Shown here in pieces: positions 9,453-17,279 of a stretch of 64,000 bases of DNA. Position 1 is the stretch's first letter, and every line of letters starts with the position of its first letter. The notes beneath the pieces are model-generated. The model saw only the letters and a program-made list of their open reading frames with translations. It searched no databases and was not told where the DNA came from. Position numbers and translations under genes: made by a program. The DNA is from a virus (lineage: Duplodnaviria > Heunggongvirae > Uroviricota > Caudoviricetes): IMG/VR virus record IMGVR_UViG_2595698353_000001, positions 78,564 to 142,563 of that record, one strand, 5' to 3'.

Positions 9453-9484
9453 CGGACCACCCCAGCCCCCCCCAGGAGTACCGC

Positions 9485-9955
9485 ATGCGCATCCACACCA
9501 ACCTCGACCACGGCGACCTCGCCGACGCCGCCCGCCACGCGGGTGTGATCATCGCCCGCAGCTCGCAGCACGGCTCCCGCTCCCGTGAGCGCGCCTTCGA
9601 GGTCACCCTCTCCGGCTCCGGGCGCACCGGCAGCCGGTGGGCAAACAGCGGAAGCTACGGAGCGAGTTCGTCTAAGGCAGCCACCTGGGACGAGTGGGGG
9701 ATCTTCCTCGCCGAGCTGTTCCGGCGCGACCCCGAGCTGAAGACGAAGGAGTACCCGAGCCTGGACGCCTTCGAGTGGGTCACCGTCAACCGATTCCGGA
9801 CGTTGACGGCGGACCGGCAGCACGTCCAGCACCGCTGGGCGGACGTCGAGCGTGTCGCTGGCGGTCGGTACCATATCAGCTCCTGCAAGTGCGGGGCGCA
9901 GGTGCGGACGCCGTCGTACGGGCACAAGCTCGCCGACTTCGTCATCGTCGGCTAG
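9485..9955 (+). CDS. hypothetical protein (156 aa)
   Basis: Leader CCCCAGCCCCCCCAGGAG then ATG. Confidence 0.6.
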   Translation: MRIHTNLDHGDLADAARHAGVIIARSSQHGSRSRERAFEVTLSGSGRTGSRWANSGSYGASSSKAATWDEWGIFLAELFRRDPELKTKEYPSLDAFEWVTVNRFRTLTADRQHVQHRWADVERVAGGRYHISSCKCGAQVRTPSYGHKLADFVIVG

Positions 9956-9995
9956 AGTAAGTCCCGACCAATATCCCGTTCCCATTGGTTCGAGG

Positions 9996-10030
9996 AAAGC
10001 CCCCGGGGAGTACGACCCCCGGGGGCTTTC
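9996..10030. terminator. bidirectional hairpin terminator between converging + and - genes
   Basis: Stem AAAGCCCCCGGGG, loop agtacga, stem CCCCGGGGGCTTT. A-run and T-run flank it on both sides. Confidence 0.6.
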
Positions 10031-10156
10031 TGCTGTGCTAAGGTCTCCGCATATTCCGTCCTCGCTGACGGTTCGTGCTCGCCTCTTGCGTAGACGTGAG
10101 ATGGAAGTGGCCCCGGGAATACCTGCCGGACGACAGGCCCCCGGGGCCGCGCCATG

Positions 10157-10354
10157 TCAGGGGCGCTGCGCGCGCCGGAGGACCCGGGACACCTTCGCCT
10201 GCGACCACCCCACGTGCTCGGCGATCTCGCGCTGGTTCATGTGCTCGGTCGCCTTGACCACCGCCTCGAGCGTCCCCCGCTCCGTGCTCTCCGCGACCCG
10301 GCGGTACGCCTGCAGCTCCCTGGCCGCCAGCTCCTTGATCCTCGCGCTGCTCAC
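10157..10354 (-). CDS. small HTH DNA-binding protein (about 65 aa)
   Basis: Motif REIAEHVGWSQAKVSRVLRRA is a helix-turn-helix. Start set at the GTG preceded by GGGAGGAG, overlapping the upstream gene stop (GTGA). The track start at 10408 would add an Ala/Arg-rich extension. Confidence 0.5.
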   Translation of the reverse strand: MSSARIKELAARELQAYRRVAESTERGTLEAVVKATEHMNQREIAEHVGWSQAKVSRVLRRAQRP

Positions 10355-10728
10355 TCTCGCTCCTCCCTCAGGCCGGGGTGCACGTGCTCCAGCATCTCCT
10401 CGAACCACTTCTTGCTGACCTTGCCGGTGCGGCGCAGCTCCTCGATGTCGGACCAGCTACCTCGGCCCCAGTGATCCGCCGCGTTCGTGTTGACGTTCGG
10501 GCAGAACCCGAAGGTCTCCATGTACTCGCGCAGGCTCTCCTCGAGGACGATCGTGCTGACCGTCGACTGGGACACCCCCACCTGTCCGGCGATGTAGCCC
10601 TTCCCGGCGTTCGCCTTGTAGGCCGCGTAGATCGCCGCGCGCATCTGCGTCTCGGCGGCCCTCATCCAGCGGGCCGCCTCCCGGGCGTCTTTCAGCGCGA
10701 TCTCGCGCGGGGTCCATCCAGCGGTCAT
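10351..10728 (-). CDS. HTH DNA-binding protein (125 aa)
   Basis: Motif GYIAGQVGVSQSTVSTIV is an HTH. ATG overlaps the helicase stop (ATGA), so it is co-transcribed. Confidence 0.55.
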   Translation of the reverse strand: MTAGWTPREIALKDAREAARWMRAAETQMRAAIYAAYKANAGKGYIAGQVGVSQSTVSTIVLEESLREYMETFGFCPNVNTNAADHWGRGSWSDIEELRRTGKVSKKWFEEMLEHVHPGLREERE

Positions 10729-12713
10729 GAGTAGTCCTCCTCAGGGTCGTCGTCCACGTCACCGAACACCAGCGACTCGAGCGAGCTGCTCGACGCCCGC
10801 TGCATCCGGTCCAGGTCGGCCGCGCTGGGCCGGTTGATCGTCTCCACGGTGCCGAGCGTGACGGCCGCCAGCCGCCGGGCCGCGTTCATGCCGCGCCACA
10901 GCCGCCGCTCGATGCTGTTGTCGGTGACGAACGCGTACGACGTCAGACCCTCGAGGTACGAGTCGGCCCGGTCGATCCGGTCGCTGCGCTGCTTGAAGGT
11001 GTCGTAGTCGCGCGGAATGTCAACGTGCAGAACGTACTTCGCCTCCTGCAGGTTCAGCCCGAGCGCCCCCGCGTCCGACGACAGGAACACCGTGATGTTC
11101 TTGTCGGCCTTGAACCGGTCCTGGGCCTCCTGCGCCGTCCGGTTGTTCATCTGGCCGTGGTGCGCGACGTACGAGATCCGGCGCTTCTGCAGCACCCGCT
11201 CGAACAGGAACAGGCTCATCTTCGTCCAGGCGGTGAACACGACCGCCTTGTCGCCCTGGTCCCGGATCGCCTCGAGGTGGTCGGCCACCATCTCGAACTT
11301 GGCCGAGTTCGCGATCGAGAAGTGCCTCTCGCCGAAGTGCTCGACGATCGACGCGGCGACCTCGGAGTCGACGTTCAGCAGCGACTCGCCGGTGTTGCAG
11401 GTCGCGCGCAGCAGCAGCTGGTACACCAGCCCGATCCGCTCGCCGCTCGCGTGCACGATCCGGGCGTCCTCGACGACGGCGTCGTAGATCTCGCGGTCCC
11501 GGGCCGACATCTGGACCCGGATCACCTCGGTGGTCATGTCCTTGAAGAACTCGCGCACGCCCGGGTCGGTCTTGCGCACGGCCTGGGTCTGGATTGCGAC
11601 GCGGTGCCGGACGCCCTCGAGCTTGCTCTCGTCCCAGTCCTCGATGTCCTTGCCGGTGGGCTTCGGCTCCCACGGCATGGTCTCGCGGAGGTAGTCCAGC
11701 TTGAAGTCGTCGCGGGTGCCGAGCGGGTGCGCGCGGTTCATCATCGCGAACACGTCGTGGTACCGGAGCGGGTCCTTCTTGACGACGGTCGCCGACATCG
11801 GCAGCACGAATGACTCGGCGGCTGCATCGATGAGCCGGTTGAGCGCCTTGCGGGCCAGGGTCTGCCCGTTCTGGCCCTCCAGGACGCGCTGGCACTCGTC
11901 GAGCACCCAGAGGACCCGGCGGCCCTGAACGAGCGGCAGGAGGCCGTCCAGGTCGTGGTGGCACCGCTCGTAGTTCAGCACCAGCCCCGGCGGTCCGGCG
12001 GCGTACCGACCGAAGCGGTACGGCTTGGTGCCCTCCGGCACCTCCATCTCCAGCCCGGTCGCGTCGTAGAAGGCTCGGGCCAGGTTGATCTTCATCTTCG
12101 CGGTGGCGAACGTGATCACGAGATCGAACGCGCCCCGGTTGACCACCAGCTCGCGGACGGCCGCCGACGCGATCACCGTCTTGCCGGTGCCGGTGTCGGC
12201 CGAGACGAAGAAGCCGTTCCAAGGCCGCGCCATCTGGTGCAGCGTGAATGCTCGGCGCAGGCAGAACTGCTGGTACGGGAACAGGCTCCCCGGCACGCCG
12301 CCGCGCGAGGGCACGACCAGCCCGTCGACCTCCAGCGGCCGGGCGTACAGGTGGAAGCCGTTCACCATCGGTGCGGCGCTCTCCAGCGGGATCAGCTGCC
12401 GCCCCTCGGCGGCCATGGCGTCGGAGAACGTCCGCAGCATGAACAGGTCGTTCAGCAGGCCGTACGGCGACAGGTAGTCCGAGTGCTCCTTGGCGAAGTG
12501 CTCCGGCGGCTCGAACAGCGGGCTCACCTTCAGCTCCCCGTCGAACCGGCCCGACGCCTCGAGGATCAGCGCGCCGTCCCGGCCGCTCAGCAGCGCCTCC
12601 TGCGCCTCTTCCATCGAGTACACCCGCAGCGGGTCTCTCTCGTCGCCCTCAGGGCCTGCCAGGACCTCGGTCACCCGTGTCTCCTCCGTAGCTGATGGAT
12701 CTGGAGGAAGCAT
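10725..12713 (-). CDS. superfamily-2 helicase (DExQ-box; SNF2/DEAD-like), 662 aa
   Basis: Motif I ADTGTGKT, motif II VLDECQ, motif III MSAT, motif V FLSSDAGALGLNLQ, motif VI QRSDRIDR. The only long genuine minus-strand gene. Confidence 0.8.
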   Translation of the reverse strand: MLPPDPSATEETRVTEVLAGPEGDERDPLRVYSMEEAQEALLSGRDGALILEASGRFDGELKVSPLFEPPEHFAKEHSDYLSPYGLLNDLFMLRTFSDAMAAEGRQLIPLESAAPMVNGFHLYARPLEVDGLVVPSRGGVPGSLFPYQQFCLRRAFTLHQMARPWNGFFVSADTGTGKTVIASAAVRELVVNRGAFDLVITFATAKMKINLARAFYDATGLEMEVPEGTKPYRFGRYAAGPPGLVLNYERCHHDLDGLLPLVQGRRVLWVLDECQRVLEGQNGQTLARKALNRLIDAAAESFVLPMSATVVKKDPLRYHDVFAMMNRAHPLGTRDDFKLDYLRETMPWEPKPTGKDIEDWDESKLEGVRHRVAIQTQAVRKTDPGVREFFKDMTTEVIRVQMSARDREIYDAVVEDARIVHASGERIGLVYQLLLRATCNTGESLLNVDSEVAASIVEHFGERHFSIANSAKFEMVADHLEAIRDQGDKAVVFTAWTKMSLFLFERVLQKRRISYVAHHGQMNNRTAQEAQDRFKADKNITVFLSSDAGALGLNLQEAKYVLHVDIPRDYDTFKQRSDRIDRADSYLEGLTSYAFVTDNSIERRLWRGMNAARRLAAVTLGTVETINRPSAADLDRMQRASSSSLESLVFGDVDDDPEEDYS

Positions 12714-12755
12714 ATAGCACGTCTAGAGGGTGCATGTAGCCCAGTCCTCGAGCGA

Positions 12756-12812
12756 GGGGGGTGTGTACATAAGACATCCTCCGGTGGCACTTCGTTATGT
12801 ACACACCTCCCC
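12756..12812. repeat. long inverted repeat in divergent intergenic region
   Basis: GGGGGTGTGTACATAA, 22-nt spacer, TTATGTACACACCTCCCC (16-17-bp arms). Lies between the helicase start (12713, minus strand) and the 13008 GTG. Confidence 0.55.
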
Positions 12813-13007
12813 GGGGCCGGTCTCAGGGGCTTCGGCAGGGCAGGGTCTGGGCCGCATTTCCTCTAGTCCTCATCAAGCTGGCACTCAGTGCCGCGATGGG
12901 TCCGTGCTAGAGTCTCGACAGGCTTCAGATAGAGGAAACCCCCCAACGCATCTGCCTCCGGGAAGAGTATGTTGCGCTGAGGGGTTCCGAGACACCAAAG
13001 GATCTCA

Positions 13008-13874
13008 GTGCCCGACATTACCACAGAACAGCCGCAGCGCAGTTGTAGCCGCACCGCCCTACCTGCACCGATCGTCGATCTGATCTCGCAGGGCATTCCG
13101 CTGAAGGAGTTCGACCGCAGTGGTCGCGTGGCCCCCGTTCTGATCTGGTGCGCAGTGCGCCGGACGGCGGCGTCGGCCCAGGCCAACGGGTGGACGCGGA
13201 TGCAGTGGTTCAACCACGTTGCGGCCGACACCAACATCCTGTTCTGGCAGCTCAAGGTGGGTAACCCGCGCAGGCCGAAGCCGCGCGAGCTGAAGAAGGT
13301 GTACCGGGACCTCGACAAGGCATGGGATGCCTCGGTGCGCTATCGGGCCAGCGAGGAACAGGCCGCACCGGCCACGGCCGCCGAGGTGTCGCGCCGCTCG
13401 AACGCCGTCACCCGCCTGGTGCAGCGGCACGCCGACCGGATGCAGCTCTCGTACACCGAGCGCCAGGTCCTCGCGTTCGCGGCTGCCGAGACCCGCCGGT
13501 ACGGCTGGCTCAACGTCACGCTGCCCGCACGCCGGGTGGCCCAGGCGATCGGACGCAGCGCGATGGCCGCGCACAAGGTGCTCCGGCGGCTCGCTGAGCA
13601 GGGCCTTCTCGTGCAGGTGGCGCGCGGACGCGCCGGGACCACGGTGAACGGCGGATCTGGCTCGGCGGCCATCTATCAGATCCCCGTCGACATCGCGACG
13701 TTCACTCGCGAAGACGGTGCCGAGCAACCCCACAGTGGGCCTGTAGGCTCGCTACATGCGCGTATCGGAACAGGACACGACCCAGTGGCTGCTGCAGCAG
13801 GCGATGCTCAAGTCGGGCGGCGAGCCGGAGCAGATGTTCCTGGAGATGCTCGAGACCCTGGCGGGCACGGCTGA
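13008..13874 (+). CDS. winged-helix DNA-binding protein (288-aa ORF; C-terminal about 50 aa likely non-functional read-through)
   Basis: RBS AAAGGATC then GTG. Motif RRVAQAIGRSAMAAHKVLRRLAEQGLLVQV is MarR-like wHTH. Last 118 nt overlap the next gene in another frame. Confidence 0.5.
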   Translation: MPDITTEQPQRSCSRTALPAPIVDLISQGIPLKEFDRSGRVAPVLIWCAVRRTAASAQANGWTRMQWFNHVAADTNILFWQLKVGNPRRPKPRELKKVYRDLDKAWDASVRYRASEEQAAPATAAEVSRRSNAVTRLVQRHADRMQLSYTERQVLAFAAAETRRYGWLNVTLPARRVAQAIGRSAMAAHKVLRRLAEQGLLVQVARGRAGTTVNGGSGSAAIYQIPVDIATFTREDGAEQPHSGPVGSLHARIGTGHDPVAAAAGDAQVGRRAGADVPGDARDPGGHG

Positions 13875-14148
13875 GACCCGTATCGACCAGGGCGAGGACG
13901 TCGGCACCGCGCTGCGGGTAGCCATCGCCGAGCTGGAGGCCAACGAGGGCGCGGTGCTGCCCTCGCGGATCATCGGCCAGTTCCTGGTCCTGTTCGTGAC
14001 TCACTGGCAGTACGGCGACACCCTCGTCGACGAGCTGACGCTGATCGAGCGCCGGATCGCGACCGAGCAGTACGCAGAAAAGCTATTGGAACTCCAAAAC
14101 GCGGCTCGAGCCGATGCAACTGCTGAGGGAGACCCCTCGGACACCTAA
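13756..14148 (+). CDS. hypothetical protein (130 aa), possibly leaderless
   Basis: Good protein-like translation. A -10-like TAGGCT ends 6 nt before the ATG, inside a CCACAG..CTGTAGG operator-like site. Confidence 0.45.
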   Translation: MRVSEQDTTQWLLQQAMLKSGGEPEQMFLEMLETLAGTAETRIDQGEDVGTALRVAIAELEANEGAVLPSRIIGQFLVLFVTHWQYGDTLVDELTLIERRIATEQYAEKLLELQNAARADATAEGDPSDT

Positions 14149-14166
14149 AGCATTGGAGTAGGACTC

Positions 14167-14451
14167 GTGGCTCGTCGCGAAAGCGTCACCGACCGCAACG
14201 ACACCAGCGTCAAGGCGCGCAACCGCCGCCGCCGGGACGAGGAGGTCGAGAAGGTCGTCCTCCCGGCCATGGCGACGAAGGTCGCCCTGCCGGAGAAGTT
14301 CCGTACCGAGCGCAGCGGGGAGGGCTCCACCATGGCCCGCGTCCGCGAGTCCCGCCCGGTGCGCCGCGCGGAGGCCCGTCTGGCCTCCCGCATCGCCGGA
14401 ACGCCGGATCAGCGCGGATTCCACAAGCCGGGCAGCTTGAAGTACCGCTGA
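14167..14451 (+). CDS. hypothetical basic protein (94 aa)
   Basis: RBS GGAGTAGG then GTG. Confidence 0.45.
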   Translation: MARRESVTDRNDTSVKARNRRRRDEEVEKVVLPAMATKVALPEKFRTERSGEGSTMARVRESRPVRRAEARLASRIAGTPDQRGFHKPGSLKYR

Positions 14452-14466
14452 CCAGCCGATCTTGTG

Positions 14467-14496
14467 TTCGCGCCTAAGGCGGACAACAGGTAAGCT
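14467..14496 (+). promoter_or_regulatory. putative promoter (TTCGCG-N18-TAAGCT) with ACAGGTAAGCTGT dyad
   Basis: Variant of the promoter family, upstream of 14552. Confidence 0.35.
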
Positions 14497-14551
14497 GTAA
14501 TAAGTGGGTAGCAGACCAATACGTCTGTTACGGGAGTTGATGGAGGTGCTC

Positions 14552-14851
14552 ATGAGCGAAGAATCGACTGACGGTACGCAGCAGCTGCCGCCGGTGCCGG
14601 TCGTGCCGACGGGCATGAGCATCACCCTCCGGCTGGACTCCACCGTCACGCTGTACGACTCGGTCGGCAACGCGACGGACTGGATCAAGCCCGGCGTCGA
14701 GACCTCGATGAAGTTCAACGGGGTGCCGGATGGGAACCAGGTCGATGCAGCGATCAAGGCAATGCGGGACGGGGTGCTGAATCCGGTGCTCAGCGACGTG
14801 CTCGCCTCGGTGCAGGAGCGTACGACCGCGATGCGCCAGGGTCGCTTGTAG
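14552..14851 (+). CDS. hypothetical protein (99 aa)
   Basis: GGAGGTG is 5 nt before this ATG. The track start at 14504 has no RBS. Confidence 0.55.
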   Translation: MSEESTDGTQQLPPVPVVPTGMSITLRLDSTVTLYDSVGNATDWIKPGVETSMKFNGVPDGNQVDAAIKAMRDGVLNPVLSDVLASVQERTTAMRQGRL

Positions 14852-14859
14852 GCCTCAGG

Positions 14860-14889
14860 TTGTGCAGTTTGGTGGGGGTTTGCTATAGT
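14860..14889 (+). promoter_or_regulatory. sigma-A-like promoter (TTGTGC-N18-TATAGT)
   Basis: Canonical hexamers upstream of 14932. Confidence 0.5.
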
Positions 14890-14931
14890 TAAGCACAAGA
14901 CGGAGCAACACCCCCAACGAAGGAGCCCCGA

Positions 14932-15636
14932 ATGACCGCGAACGAGATCGTCGAAGCCGCCACCGCTGACATCCAGAAGTACGTCAACGCGGCGCTGTCG
15001 ACCGTCCTCGCCTCGATCGAGGCTGAAGAGCGCGACACCGAGGCCGAGGCCAAGTCGACCATCGCCAGCCGCAAGAAGGCGCTGGCCAAGGCTGTCAAGA
15101 GCCTCGACGTCGACACCCTGGAGCGGGTCGAGAAGACGTTCGTCGACTACGTGCCGAACCTGGCCACGATCGACCCCGAGCTCGTCGAGGAGCTGAACGA
15201 GGAGCAGCAGCTCGCGATCGGCGAGGAGTACGTCCGCTACCAGCAGGCGAAGGAGTTCCTCGAGGTCCGCCACGCGGCCCTGAAGGAGCTCGTCTTCGGT
15301 CACGTCGACGCGACGGTCGGCGCGCACGAGAACGGCGAGATCAAGCTGCCGCAGATCGGCAAGGTCCTCCGCCGCGAGGGCGCGGGCCGCACCGATCCGA
15401 TCGTCGACACGGCGGTGCTGCGCCGCAGCCTGCCGACCGACGTGGTGGGCGAGATCTTCGAGACCGTCGAGATCCCGGAGCAGCTCATCCCGGCCCACAC
15501 CGAGGAGGTCTTCTCCGAGGAGAACCTCATCGCCGTGGCCGCCCGTCGTCCCGAGATCTTCGCGGTCATCCGCGAGGCGCTCATCCCGGGCAAGCAGAAG
15601 ACCGAAAAGTTCGTGGTCCGCGACCTCAACGAGTGA
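14932..15636 (+). CDS. hypothetical protein (234 aa, acidic/coiled-coil-like)
   Basis: RBS GAAGGAG. Confidence 0.65.
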   Translation: MTANEIVEAATADIQKYVNAALSTVLASIEAEERDTEAEAKSTIASRKKALAKAVKSLDVDTLERVEKTFVDYVPNLATIDPELVEELNEEQQLAIGEEYVRYQQAKEFLEVRHAALKELVFGHVDATVGAHENGEIKLPQIGKVLRREGAGRTDPIVDTAVLRRSLPTDVVGEIFETVEIPEQLIPAHTEEVFSEENLIAVAARRPEIFAVIREALIPGKQKTEKFVVRDLNE

Positions 15637-15694
15637 GGCGCGGGCCGACGCCCCGGCGCTCACCGCGCCGGGGCCGAGGTGAAAGGAAGGCCAG

Positions 15695-16000
15695 ATGATG
15701 ACTGACGAAAAGGCAGACCAGGGCCTGCTCGCGGCTGCGGGCATCGTCAAGAAGTACTCGACCAGCGAGGTCGCGAAGTTCTTCAACCGCACCGACCAGT
15801 GGGTGTACTGGGTCCTCCGTGAGGGCGTGCTGGACAAGAACGGGAAGCGCCTCGAGGCCGAGCGTGTCGGCAAGGCCAACCGCCGTCGCTTCACCCTGGA
15901 CCTGATCCAGGAGATGCTCGAATCGCTGTACAACCGGGGCACGATCTCCGAAGAGGAGGCCATCGCGGTCCAGGCCAAGATCAACGCCGCTCGGGGGTAG
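15695..16000 (+). CDS. helix-turn-helix DNA-binding protein (MerR/excisionase-like)
   Basis: Motif STSEVAKFFNRTDQWVYWVLREG. Confidence 0.5.
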   Translation: MMTDEKADQGLLAAAGIVKKYSTSEVAKFFNRTDQWVYWVLREGVLDKNGKRLEAERVGKANRRRFTLDLIQEMLESLYNRGTISEEEAIAVQAKINAARG

Positions 16001-16002
16001 GC

Positions 16003-16947
16003 GTGGACCGAACCCCGCTGCGCGCGGACGTCGAGCGTGGGGCCGACCACATGGTGATCGTCGACGGCAATAACGTCGTCATGAGGTCCATCTTCGGGAT
16101 GGCCAACGCTCACCTGGTCGGCCCCAACGGTCTGCCCACCGGCGGGATCTTCGGGACGATCGGCGTCTTCCGTTCGCTCGTCGCGCGGCTGCGGCCGACC
16201 CACATGCTCTGGACCTTCGACCAGGGCAAGTCGGCGAAGCGGCTGGCGATGTACCCCGAATACAAGGCGAACCGTGCCCGGGTCTACAACCCGGAGCAGC
16301 CGGGCCGCTTCCACGATGTCAATGCGGTCAAGCTCGGCACCCTCGACGGCGTCAAGTCCTTCTTCGGGTTCTGCGGCGTGCCGTACTTCTCGATGGAGGG
16401 CGTCGAGGCTGATGACCTGATTGCCGAGGCCGCGCTGCGGCTCACCGGCAAGATGCCGGTCACCATCGTCTCCGCCGACCACGATCTGCGTCAGCTGTGT
16501 ACCGAGGACGGCCTCGTCCAGGTGCTCAAGCCGCGCGCCGGTGCCAACGACGAGGACGTGATGTACGACCACGCCCGCGTCGTCGCCGAGTACGGCCTGC
16601 CGCCTCGTGTCATGCCCGAGGTGTGGGCCATCCAGGGCGACACCAGCGACAACATCAAGGGCGTGCAGGGCCTCGGGCCGAAGCGCGCCACCAAGATCAT
16701 CCAGGCGTACGGCAGCCTCGCGGCGGCGATCGAGAAGGATCCCCGGATCCGCGAGAACCGCGAGCTCGTCGAGCGCAACCTCAAGCTGATCTCGCTCCTC
16801 GACGACCCCGAGCAGCGGCTGCCGGAGGGCCTCGAGCTCTGCCTGCTGCCCCGCGACATCCTGGACTACCCCGGCCTGCTCGCGTACTGCGACTACTGGG
16901 GCTTCGATTCACTCACGCACGAGATGATGGGAGGGCGGCTCTGGTGA
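16003..16947 (+). CDS. 5'-3' exonuclease / flap endonuclease (Pol I N-terminal-domain family)
   Basis: VDGNNVVMRS is PIN-like. EADDLIA is the acidic cluster. AIQGDTSDNIKGVQGLGPKRATKII is an H3TH motif. Confidence 0.8.
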   Translation: MDRTPLRADVERGADHMVIVDGNNVVMRSIFGMANAHLVGPNGLPTGGIFGTIGVFRSLVARLRPTHMLWTFDQGKSAKRLAMYPEYKANRARVYNPEQPGRFHDVNAVKLGTLDGVKSFFGFCGVPYFSMEGVEADDLIAEAALRLTGKMPVTIVSADHDLRQLCTEDGLVQVLKPRAGANDEDVMYDHARVVAEYGLPPRVMPEVWAIQGDTSDNIKGVQGLGPKRATKIIQAYGSLAAAIEKDPRIRENRELVERNLKLISLLDDPEQRLPEGLELCLLPRDILDYPGLLAYCDYWGFDSLTHEMMGGRLW

Positions 16948-17279
16948 CCGACAATCCGGCGCTGTCCATCAACGTCCCGCCGGACGACTTGATGGACATG
17001 TTGATGGACATGACGATCAGCGAGACCGAGAAGGCGATCCGCGAGCGCGTGCGCGCGGCCGTCGACGACCAGCTGGGCCAGCTGATCAAGCAGACCGTCG
17101 CCCGCAAGTTCGGTAGCCCGGCCACGCGCGTGGACCTCGCGATGTCGATCGAGAAGGCCGTCGACGCGGTCGCCACCTCGGTCCGCCGGTTCCCCGGGGC
17201 CGCGAACGACGGCATGCTCGAGTCCGCCGTCGCGTCCGCCATCATGAACGTCTTCCAGAAGGAGCGCAGCGCCCAGTGA
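16944..17279 (+). CDS. hypothetical protein (111 aa)
   Basis: GTG overlaps the upstream stop (GTGA). In frame with track ORF 16497-17279. Confidence 0.55.
   Translation: MTDNPALSINVPPDDLMDMLMDMTISETEKAIRERVRAAVDDQLGQLIKQTVARKFGSPATRVDLAMSIEKAVDAVATSVRRFPGAANDGMLESAVASAIMNVFQKERSAQ

Noticed and set aside
11025-12695. Plus-strand ORFs (11025-11813, 11955-12695) overlapping the minus-strand helicase.
   Set aside because: The helicase frame carries canonical SF2 motifs I-VI. The plus-strand translations are low-complexity.
12960-13000. tRNA-like GGTTCCGAG T-loop-like string in the divergent intergenic region.
   Set aside because: No complementary acceptor or T-stem arms could be found around it, so there is no cloverleaf.
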